DNA of 64,000 nt from the human T2T-CHM13v2.0 reference genome, Homo sapiens, in assembly GCF_009914755.1 (NCBI RefSeq), contig NC_060925.1; one strand, 5' to 3'. Every line of letters begins with the position of its first letter. The stretch's first letter is position 1. Position numbers and translations under genes: made by a program. Below, piece after piece: positions 54,161-64,000 of this stretch. The notes below the pieces were generated by a model. That model did no database searches. It saw nothing but the letters and a program-made list of their open reading frames with translations, and was not told where the DNA came from.

Positions 54161-55188
54161 ATATGTAATGAATAAAAACCAAAGAAGTACATAGACATAA
54201 ATGAAGTAAACACAAGGGATGGCACATATGTTGTCCTAAAAGCCCACAGGGTACTCATGGTACAAGGCTCCTCAGCAAATGAACAGACACTGTGAACTAT
54301 CTGGATGGCCCAGACATCCTGCTCCCTTCCTTCTCTTACTTCCTGCAGCTCCAAGTGTTGATTGCTACTAAGAAAACCGAAGGGAAACTGAGCTGGTGGG
54401 GGACCACCTTCAATGAGGGAATCATCAAAGTCCTCTCTGATGATGTCTATCTTGGAATCCTTTGCCAGGGAAACCATCTCTATGACCCTCATTGTAAAAG
54501 GAATTGCTAGAGGGGCAGTGAGTAATCTGGAAATGGGTGAGGTGCTGGAGCCCAGAGGAAGTCAGGATGGGGACCTCTAGGCATCTGGCAGCGGAAACCA
54601 CTCCTGGTGAAGCTGCTAAAATAAACACCTTCTCACTATTTGTTCTCACTTCCTTCTCTCCCTATACTCAAAACTGAAATCTTGAGAAGTGGGGTGAGGA
54701 AGGGGAAAGTTCATTTGGCCTGGCTTAAACCACATGCCCATTTCTTGGCTGGGAATAGAGCACCTTAATTTTTGCTACCCCACTGAGGCTGTTCATAATA
54801 GGGGAGAGGAGATTCTAAAACAACAACCAAAAAACAAGGGTACTGTTAGGAATGGAGAATAGATGCTGCATAGCCAGAAAAGTTAATCACAAGAAGAGAA
54901 ACGGACTAGAATTGAGATTTAAGGATAAAGAGAAGCAAACATTCTAGTGTGGAGGGTAACAGTCTAGGGAGTAGGGATAGCATGTGCCAAGGCCCTGAGG
55001 TGAGAATTTATGTCAGGTAAGAAGAGATGAACTTCATTATCTACAGGAAAGGGAACTAATCTGTGTATAAAGATACACAGTGCAAATATATGTGTGTGAA
55101 TTGATAGATGTTGGGAAGGTAGGTAAGTAGGTAGGTAGGTAATAAAATAACTAAAAATATAAGCTTCCTGAAGTTGGTAGGTGGAGGC

Positions 55189-55763
55189 ATGGATGGATGG
55201 GTGGATGAATGGATGGATGGATGAGTGGATGGGTGAATGGGTGGATGGATTCATGGATGGATGGATGGATGAGGGATGAATGGATGGATGGGTGGATAAG
55301 TTAATGGATGGATGAATGGATGAGGGATGGACGGGTGGATGAATGGATGGGTGAAATGATGAATGGATGAGTGGATGGATGGATGGATGAATGGATGGAT
55401 GAGAGATGGATGGGTGGATGGATGAGTGGATCAGTGGATGGATAGATAGATGAATGGATAGATGGGTGAATGGATGGATAGGTGGATAGATAGGTGAATG
55501 GATGGATGAGAGATTAATGGATGGTTAGATAAGGAATGTATGGATGAATATGATTAGATGGGTGGATGAGTGGATAGCTGGATGGATGGATGGATGGATG
55601 GATGGATGGATGGATGGATGGAATAATGAATGGATGAGCAGATAGGTGGATGGATGGATGGAATGACAGATGAATAAGAGGATGGATGGATGGATGGATG
55701 GATGGATGGATGGATGGATGGATGCAAGGATGGATGGAGAGATGGGTAGATGAATGAATGGAT
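55189..55763. repeat. (GGAT)n compound simple repeat
   Basis: ~570 bp of GGAT/GAAT/GGGT variants with two long pure runs. Confidence 0.97.
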
Positions 55764-55850
55764 ATATCTTCCTGAGCTGGTAAGATTTTGGCCTTATCCT
55801 CAAGTCTGTAATTCTTCAGTATCACTTTTCTAACACATTGGCTTGAATGT

Positions 55851-56011
55851 CATGGCTGGGACAAAGGTGAGGTGAGAGAGGCACCTTAGGCACAAACCAT
55901 AAGGAGGTGTTGAATCTCAGAGTCAAGAGTGCCCTACAAGTCTACAAGTAGATGCCTCCATGAATCGCACACCCTAGGCACCTCACTCTTGCTTCCCCCA
56001 GGCTGTCCCTG
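55851..56011. mobile_element. MER91A-like palindromic hAT-Tip100 MITE
   Basis: ggtgagg...gaggcaccttaggcacaaa...aaggagg mirrored by gcctcc...caccctaggcacctcact...ccctg. Confidence 0.7.
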
Positions 56012-57648
56012 TTGGGTTTTATACATGCACCTCTCCTGAGAAGGAAACAGACCCTCCAACCAGAGACAGACAGCCTTGTCAGATGCCATGCTGCAAACGA
56101 CTTCAGGGCCCAGGGTGTTCCTAAGGGCTGTTCCACCTTCTGATCTTTGGCCCTTTGCTGAGACAAAGTGATGTGACAGAGCAACCATTTGCATAGTTCT
56201 TGTCCCAGATCTATCCCATCATCTTGCTATGTAAACTTGAAGAAGCCTCTTACCCTCTCAGAGCTTCAGTTATTTTCTTTGTAGAACAAGAGAGGTTGGA
56301 CTCAACTCTGGAATGATTTGGTTCAAAGAAAGAGTGGAAAGAAAGGTGAGAGGCTCCCAGAAATCTTCAAGGCAACCCCTTCTTAGAAGGTTTTGCACTG
56401 ACCACTTCCCACTCCCCCAATATTTTCTTCACTTATTGACCTTTCAAATATTCTTCCTACATACCCAGCTTTGGGACTGATGCTTAGCACAATGATCCAC
56501 ACAGACACTGTCCCTGGACAGTGTCTTGGAGCTTAGAGTCCACTGAGGAAGTCAAAGAGTAAATCAAGAAGGAGGTCAATCACAGTTGTAACAGCTGCTC
56601 TGACACAATCCAGGGGGCAATAGAAACCTGGACAGTGAGCCTAACCCAGCCTGCAGTCAGAGAGGCTTCCTGGAGGAAATGGCTCCCACAGATGAGTAGG
56701 AAGAGATCAAGCAAATAAAGAGGAAGAAATGACAGTGCCCCCAGAGTCTCACTCAAAGATCTGGGGAGGTGGGCCAGGCCCCAACACTGCGAACCCCTCA
56801 TCAGGTCCCAGGGACCTTGGTCATCTGCAGTAGCAGCACTGCCTCCAGATTAGCGTACACCATCTTGGAGTCCTTAAAAGTCCTTTCCTCTGTTCTTCGA
56901 GGTTGCATCTTGCTGAGCACACAGAGGAGATTCTAAGCTGTGACTTGTTGAAAGAGAAGCAGCAGAGGGTGTCATTCTTAACACACATGCCCTGTGGCAG
57001 CCTGGCGTGAGGCCTTGGAAAGATGATTAGGGTGTTTTTTCAAAGGATGTGATTGCTACATTTTCTTTTCCATTTTTGATGTTTATGACTCTCTTTCTGT
57101 CTTCTGGCTAGATCCTGAGCCGCACAGAGCTCACTCTTCAAACCTCATCTCATTATCCATTTTCACCCCCAATTGCATATTTTAGGGGCTGGTAATAGGG
57201 CTGCCTACGGTGCTATGTATTACAGCTGAAGGATCTGCAAGACTCCAACACCCCCACACTCTCCTGCCATGCAAAAGAGACAAAATATTTTCATTTCTAA
57301 GCCTCTAAGCCTGGAGGGGAAAAAAGTTATGCAACCGTGTGACAACTGTGGCTTCTTAAAAGTCTTTGGTAGCTGGAGAAGGGATCCGGTCTCAGCTGGG
57401 GAAAGGATCCAGTCTCAGCTGGGCTTTTTTTAAGTAACAAGTGACTGGGCCACTGACATGTAAAGAGGGAAGTGAGGTGCTCCTGGAGCTTCTGCCTCTG
57501 CGTCCAAGTGCCTGCTTGGAGGCCTTGCTGGAGACAGGCAGCGTCTGGGGTGAGGTGAGGATGGGGCCAGAGCTGATTCAGCACCTGCTATGCAGAAGTG
57601 CTGAGCCCTCCATTTACACACATCTTTCAGGTTGCACAAACTGGCATG

Positions 57649-58289
57649 TGTACTAGCTTTTTGTGCTGTGTAACAAATTTTCACACACTTAGCAGTTTAC
57701 AACAGCACAAATGTGTAATTACACAGTCTCCGTGGGACTAGGTGTGGGTTAGCTGCACATGTGCTAACCAAGGTGAAATCAAGGTGTCAGCCAAGGCTAC
57801 AATCTCATCTGAAAGACTCAGGGTCCTCTTCCAAGCTCACTGGTTGTTGGAAGAACTCAGTTCCTTGCAGTTGTAGGACTGAGGCCCTTACTCCCTAGAG
57901 CACCCAAGATTGCCTTCCATATGGCCCTCTCCACAGCATGACAGCTTGCTTCTTCAAGGCCAACGGGAGAGCATTTGCTACCTCAAATCTCTCTGGCTTC
58001 CTTCTTCTCTAATTTCTAGGCTATTTTTAAAAGGGTCAGGCCCACCAAGGACAATCTCCCTGATGATGATTAGGTCAGGCCCACCAAGAACAATCTCCCT
58101 GATCATGAGCTTAAAATCAACGGATTAGAGACCTTAAACACATCTACAAAAATTCTTCACCTTTTCTTATCATGTGACTTACTCATTTGAATGTCACCCC
58201 ATCATAGTCCCAGCCCCACCCACCCTCAAGGGGAAGGGATTATACCAGCCCTGTGCCTCAGGGCCCATCTTAGAAACCAGGCCACCGCA
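57649..58289 (-). mobile_element. MLT1E-type solo LTR with an internal 39-bp tandem duplication (58034-58108)
   Basis: gctgtgtaacaaa...ttccaagctcactggttgttggaagaactcagttccttgcagttgtaggactgagg; GGTCAGGCCCACCAAGRACAATCTCCCTGAT at 58034 and 58073. Confidence 0.85.
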
Positions 58290-58369
58290 GCTCATGTTTT
58301 CCATGGCACACACAGTGCCTGGCGTGAGTCAGCTTCCACTTGGCACATACATGAGTTCATTCGGGGGAG

Positions 58370-58610
58370 CAGAGAACAGGCAGTGTGGGCTTCCCAGGGG
58401 CTACAGCTCAGGCAACCTGGGTTGAATCTCGGCTCTGAGTCTCACCAGCTTGTGGGAACTTAGGCAAGCCACGTGCCTCCATTTCCTCATCCTGGAAATG
58501 AGTTCCATAATAGTACCCACCTGGTAAGTTGTTTAGAAGCGTCAATGACAAAGGCCCATAGCGCGCTTAGCAGAGCCCTGCATGCAGGGATTGCTCGGTG
58601 ATGTTATGAT
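58370..58610 (+). mobile_element. MIR
   Basis: cctgggttgaatctcggctctg...cttaggcaagcc...cctccatttcctcatc...gcgcttagcagag. Confidence 0.75.
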
Positions 58611-60842
58611 TCTGCCTAATTCTGCCATCCTTCCTCAGTGCAGTGCCAGCACCAGGAGGCTCTTTCCCCCAGAGCACCACCCCTCCCTCTCCCCACCTCC
58701 AACATCCCCCTCCATCCCAGGAGCAAACAGAGACGGAGTGATTAGCCCTCAGTAATAAAAGTACACAGGGCTGTCAGCTGGCCTGCCAAAGGAATTTATG
58801 AACTCAGCAGAAGCTTGTACTGCTACAAGATAGTTTGTCAGGGGACCACTTCCCAGGTAAGAACAAAAAATATCCCATCTGTCACTGCCAGATCCTCCCT
58901 GTGGCAAGATATTAAAGCGTTGCTCTCCCCTTCCGCATTTTCCAAACCTTCTACAGTGAACCTGCATTATTTTTATATCAGATAAAAAAAAGGTAATAGA
59001 CTTGATTTTTCACAGAAAATCTTTGCAGTTAGAAACACCAACTTCTGCCAGGTTGCGTCTGCAAGTACAGCATTACCAGAGTGCCTGAGAGCTCTGTTTT
59101 GTTCTTTTCTTTTTTTAAAACAAAGATCCATTATGCAAATCGATTGTAAAATTTTTAAAGCCTCTTGTCCTGTCTCAATTAATCACAGTCTTTGTGGGCC
59201 CGGTTTCAGCAGCAACGAAATCCTCGTCATGCATGGAGGGTGGCCAGAGAAGCAATGGTGCTGGCCTTGTCCTGCTCTGGAGACTTCTCTTGTCCCTTCC
59301 ACCCAGGCCTGCCTTTCCTGCCATGATGACCTAGGCATCTCGCTGGTGGCTGGCCACCACCCTTCACCACGATCATCGCGCGCATACACACAAAAAATCC
59401 CTGGCAGTAGCCACTGTTCCATCCTCCAAAAGGGTCCTTCTCCAACTGGAGTGAAACTAATGGCCTGTAATTTACTGCTCAGCCCCTATGCTGCCGGCTA
59501 AGTGAAAGCAGCCGCTTGGCTTAGTTCCGCCCAGAGAAGAGAAGGGAATGAGGCAGGCCTCCATCAGCAGCAGCAGTGACGCTTCTGGTCTTAAGCCCGC
59601 CCTTCTTGCCCCTTCCTCCCCTTGGAGGAACTTTCAAGTTTCTCCACAAACCCCCTTCTCTGCCCCGACAGCTATACCGAAGTGGCTGAACAACTACCAA
59701 CAGCCACACTTGATCAGCCGTCCCCAAATCATCGTGGCCAAGCATTCCCTGAGGACCAGCCTCCCATTTCTGCACGTCCCCACCACTCACCCCCAGGGCC
59801 CTTGTTCTGCCCATCTCAAGCACCTTTTCTGAATCGTTCCATTGAATCTCACTCTCAAGAAAGGAACCCAAAACTTATTCTCACTCAGGTATAAGAGGCC
59901 AATAAACCCTAAAGCTGTTGGCTGAGCATGAAGCTTTTAAGCTCAGAACCTCAGTAGGAAGTTTGGGAGAACTACCCCATCTCCTTGGTGGGAGCTGCAG
60001 CCCATATCAATGCTGAGTAACCCACAGGAAACACAGGCTTCCTGACCCATGAAAGAGTAGTAGGTGCATTACATTCTGTGGCCTGTGAATCAGAGCCCAG
60101 ACCTCACACCTTCACAATGCCATTAGATGGATACAATTCCCGTGGTGCTGGGGAGGGAACACTAGCTTCTCACTTTGATAAGGCACCAGGCCAGACCTGC
60201 CAGAGACCCTGGTGGCACAGACAGATGAAACAGGAAGCTGCAGCTGGTGGCAAGATGCAACCTCTGGCCCAAAGAATACAAGCCCACCGTAAGTCCTCAC
60301 ACTTTCTCACTAAGGCAGTTTCCACTCTGCTCATGCAGTGCCCAACCTGAGCAACCTGACAGCAACCTCACCTGCCATCATGGGACTGCAGTACAAGCAA
60401 ATAAGCTAGAAGGCAAAGCCACAGGCAAAGAAGGAAACTCAATTCCAAAAGCATGAATTCATCAATCGCTCCATCTCAGGCACAGAGGTTAAATGAATAA
60501 GACCTGGCTTTGCTACTGCAACACGGAGAAGGCAGGTGATTCAATCACTAAGCAAGAACTCACCATATTCTCAGGCCAAGTCCTGGGGTACCAGGATGAT
60601 GGAGATACAGTCCCATCCCGGGTCTGCATGTACAAAAGGAGGAAAGAAAGCATGCCTGATGAACCGCAGACAATGTGGTAAAGGCTCAGGCAGATGCATG
60701 AAAAGAACATTCTGGAAGCCCAGAGAACCCTGCAGATGGGACCCTGCCTGTCCCCACCTGCACTCTGCCACAACCATAATGAGCTGTGTGCACCCTACAC
60801 CTTCAAAGCCTTTGGTGTCTCTTTTTGCCCCCAAGCTTGCTA

Positions 60843-60997
60843 CCTGTCTCCAACCTTGTGCTCCTCCAGCCAGCAGCATCAGCCTCACTTGGAGGTTGTT
60901 GGGAAGGCAGAAGCTCAGGACCCACCCAGACCTGCTGAGGCGGAACCGCCCTTGACCCAGACACCAGAATGGACGCGCACATATTTGAGAAGCACAG
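60843..60997 (+). mobile_element. MER5A (hAT-Charlie MITE)
   Basis: ccagcagcatcagcctcacttgg...cccacccagacctgctga...tttgagaagcacag. Confidence 0.7.
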
Positions 60998-62654
60998 TGT
61001 TGAGGGGGCACACCCACGTGACTCTTCTCCATGCCCCATGAGTCCTGTGCAGCCCCTCCTGAGATTCCAGAGAACTTCAGCTGGTCTATGACACCCTCCA
61101 TCCCCCAGGCCCACTTCATGGAGCCTGCTCACCCTGGTGCAGATAGGCACTGAGCCACCTCTCCCCATGGCCAGACTGTGTGCCCCTCAAAAGCAAGGAC
61201 TGAGGTCCCCAGAGTTAACCCCTGCCAGGCACACGCCATGTTCCATGTTCAGGTGCAGTAAAGATTTGCTGAATGAATTAATAAACCGTACTTCAACTGT
61301 TTTAGACATCACACACTTAGTATATGAACAAGAGGAAATGCGAGGATGCAGGGTATAACTATTTAAAAGCGATCTGATTCATTCACCGCCTTTGAAAACG
61401 TCCAGAGAAGCGAAGGCCATGGCCTTTCGTAAAGAGCCGATTAATGTCAGAGGCCTGGGGCTGGCTGCACGCACTGAAGCCAGGAGGGAGGCTGGCAAAA
61501 GCCTCCCTGGGTACCAAGGTCGGGACGAGGGATTCAATTTGTCATTTTTTTCCTTTGTCCAGGAGATTAAAAGTTGCTCAGAGCTGGCTGCTCTGGGAAC
61601 CTTGTGGGGCTGGGTAGGGAGCAGGGAGCACTTGGCAGGAAGCAACCCACCCCGACCCCCACCACCTTCCTAGGAAGACAGCCCCAACCCAAAAGGAAGC
61701 ATCCTCCTTCGTTTTCATAGAGAGTCTCAGAGACCCAGACACCTTCCCAGCTGGTTTGGGGTTTGAGCGTGAGTTCTGTGCCCCTACATCCTTCCAGTTC
61801 CAGCAGCTGACCTGAGGGCTCTCAGGCTGTAGGGAGAAGCCCGGGGGTTTGGGGAGTGGACACCAGCAGAGGAGGGATGTACAGGAGGAAGACGTGCCAC
61901 AGGGATGGGCTGCAAGGCTGCAGTTACTAATTCATTTGGATGAAGCTGCTAAAGTATAATTAAGGAAGAATCTCTCCAAGTTTGGAGTACACAGAACAAT
62001 AAACAGCTGCCCGCTTTGATTAATAGCCAGAACATCACTGAATCCGTGCCCAGCAGCCATTCCGGCAGGAGCCTGTGGACTCAGGAAAGCTTTCTCCTCC
62101 GGGCCGGGCCAGGCACTGGGCACTCATTCCATCGACCTGGATGGCGGGCAAGAGAGGGCTCTCTTGTCACATAGGTTGAGGGAACACCAAACTGAATGAA
62201 ATCACAAAATCAAAATTCAGTTGGTGCCTCAGAGCCGGGGCCAAGCTCCTGTTAGCTGTGACTCTCCCAGAGAAGCAGGAAGGCCGCAGTGATTAATCAC
62301 AGAACCCTTCCTAGGTGGGGATGGGGAGTGTTGAAAGGGAAAGGCAAGAGAAGGAACCTGGAAGGAAGTGTCCTGTCCCCTGGAGACACAGCCCTCGCTG
62401 ATCCTCACACTTTCCCTTTTCCCCCTTCACCATTAGGAGGGTGGGCACAAGACATGCCCAGCCTTGTTCTTGACTTTCAACAGCACCAGGTCCCAGTTTC
62501 TGAGGCTACAGTAAATGTTGATAATAGCTTGTAAGCAGCAGGGTAGGCAACTGGAATGGATCCAGAGCAGGCTTGGGAACGAGATACAGTTGAGGAACTG
62601 TGTTTAGATGGCAGGAGGAAAGACAGAGGGGAAACCATTATTACTTAAACCCTA

Positions 62655-63115
62655 CAAGAGACTGTCATTAGAGTTGTTCCTAACATCTAGAGTCTCTCCT
62701 TCTGAGTAGAAGATCAACTTCTCCCACCTTTCCTGGAGTTAGGTATGGTCATGTGACTTGCTTTGGCCAGTGGAACAGGTGTAGAAATTGAGTGTGGTCA
62801 TGTGACTTGCTTTGGCCATTGAAACAGATGTAGAAGTTGAGTGTGGTCATGTGACTTGCTTTGGCCAATGGAACAGGAGTAGAGGTTGGGCAGGGTCATG
62901 TGACTTGCTTTGGTCAATGGCAGACGTGTGTAAGCTCCCATACTCCCTTGACTCTGCCATGGTGCCCAAGGGTCACTCTAGATGGTGAAGGCTGCAGATG
63001 GGGAAGCCTAAATCTCAGGCAAGGACAGTGTACTTCAGAGCTGTGTTTTTTAAGCCACTGAAATCAGGGTGCTAATTGTCACCTCCTCAAAATCAAGCCT
63101 GGTTTAACTAATACA
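62655..63115 (+). mobile_element. MLT1I/J-type MaLR 5' LTR with internal tandem amplification
   Basis: gagttaggtatggtcatgtgacttgctttggcc; ends ttttaagccactgaaat...aactaataca; start approximate. Confidence 0.8.
62747..62920. repeat. 49-bp tandem repeat, ~3.5 copies, each starting GGTCATGTGACTTGCTTTGG
   Basis: Starts at 62747, 62796, 62845 and 62894. Confidence 0.96.
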
Positions 63116-63585
63116 GAGGCTTATCCCAGGAGTGAGTTGCTGTAGCAGAAACCCAAATATGTGGCTTTGGCTTTGAGATCAGGCAACAGGAGTTTAGAAA
63201 ACTGATACCAAAGGCTGGAAAGATGGTGGTCATGCCATGCAGTGGCCAGATTTTTGTAGAACTGTTGCCTGAGGTGCCTTGAGAAGTCGATCAGCCATGT
63301 GGTGAAGAAACGAATCAAGGGAGTGGGTGCTACACCCAGAGAAAAACCAAATGGATTGGGGGCGTCTCAGGATAGCAGCTCAGACAAAGGTGTGGTATCC
63401 AGAGTAGCCCAGATAGAGGCCGGACAGAGCAGCCCAGGGAAAAGAGCCTTCCTGTGTGACGCTCTCGCTGAAGCTGGACATCTCGAGGGCCTTGAGAGTA
63501 CGTCTGACAGGTCACATGACCACACCCAACTTCTTCTTCTGTTTCACCAGCCAAAGCAAATCACATGACAAGGCAGTCACATGAC
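62748..63585. promoter_or_regulatory. Cluster of MiT/TFE (MITF/TFEB/TFE3) or USF E-box sites
   Basis: GTCATGTGAC at 62748, 62797, 62846 and 62895 (+); GTCACATGAC at 63511 and 63576, ATCACATGAC at 63560 (-); function not shown. Confidence 0.5.
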
Positions 63586-64000
63586 TAGGAAAACAGAGGG
63601 AAACATAAGGATGAGACAACAAAGAAATTTAGAAATGAGGATTACACCTCCCAAGGAAGGGTGGCGTGGCAATTGGAACATGGAGCTGAAGAGATGAAGC
63701 CCTCACCACATTTTCAGAGCATTTCAAGGCCACAAGGCCCCCCGCCCAGCATGCACAGCAGAGCACAGAAACACATTAGGCAAAATGAGCCTGGGCCTGG
63801 CCCAATTGTCTACAGCCAGGAGTGGGCTGGGAAGACTGCTCTATCCCCAGGAAGAGCTGTCCCCATGCCTACTTCACATGTGGCTAAGAAGAGAACGGAG
63901 AAAGCAAACCCCCCAGAGAATGGAGCCAAGGGCTGCAGAGGACCAAGGGAGCTGCTGCCGGGGCGTAGAATCAGCACTAGATTAAAGAACATTCCCCACC
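63116..64000 (+). mobile_element. MLT1 internal (MaLR-int) sequence running off the window end
   Basis: Directly after the LTR: ccaggagtgagttgctg...cccaaatatgtggctttggctttg...ggctggaaagatggtg; ends aagaacattccccacc. Confidence 0.7.

Noticed and set aside
54964-55825. HPSI-repeat ORFs
   Set aside because: Translation of (ATCC)n
62747-62920. CRISPR-like array (about 20-nt invariant, partly palindromic repeat with about 29-nt variable spacers)
   Set aside because: Spacers are homologous to each other, the repeat is MLT1 LTR sequence, the DNA is primate and no cas genes are present

Overview
This is primate (ape, probably human) nuclear DNA, not microbial. It contains AluJ/AluS elements, L1PA3/PA7/PA8, older L1M, MIR/L2/L3, MaLR LTRs (THE1, MST, MLT1), and hAT MITEs (MER1A, MER58A, MER5A, MER91A). 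The background is fairly GC-rich with no CpG island. I see no supportable protein-coding gene, RNA gene or CRISPR array. Every long ORF is either a simple/tandem-repeat artefact or a decayed L1 ORF2 fragment, so the window reads as intergenic or deep intronic. I could not identify the locus. Repeat family calls come from my recollection of consensus sequences; subfamily names and the ends of old elements are approximate. I found no new enzymatic or defence system. The most interesting structures are: (i) two L1 insertions stacked at one target site, leaving three copies of the TSD, the younger carrying a ~370-bp 3' transduction (17945-19880); (ii) seven MITF/TFE-type GTCATGTGA(C) sites in ~840 bp, four made by tandem amplification inside an MLT1 LTR (62747-63585); (iii) a twin-primed 5'-inverted L1 (7014-8202); (iv) several VNTRs seeded inside old repeats, one rich in p53 half-sites; (v) two non-repeat modules with the same HOX/CDX-MEIS-HOX motif order; and (vi) several fold-back templated-insertion scars.
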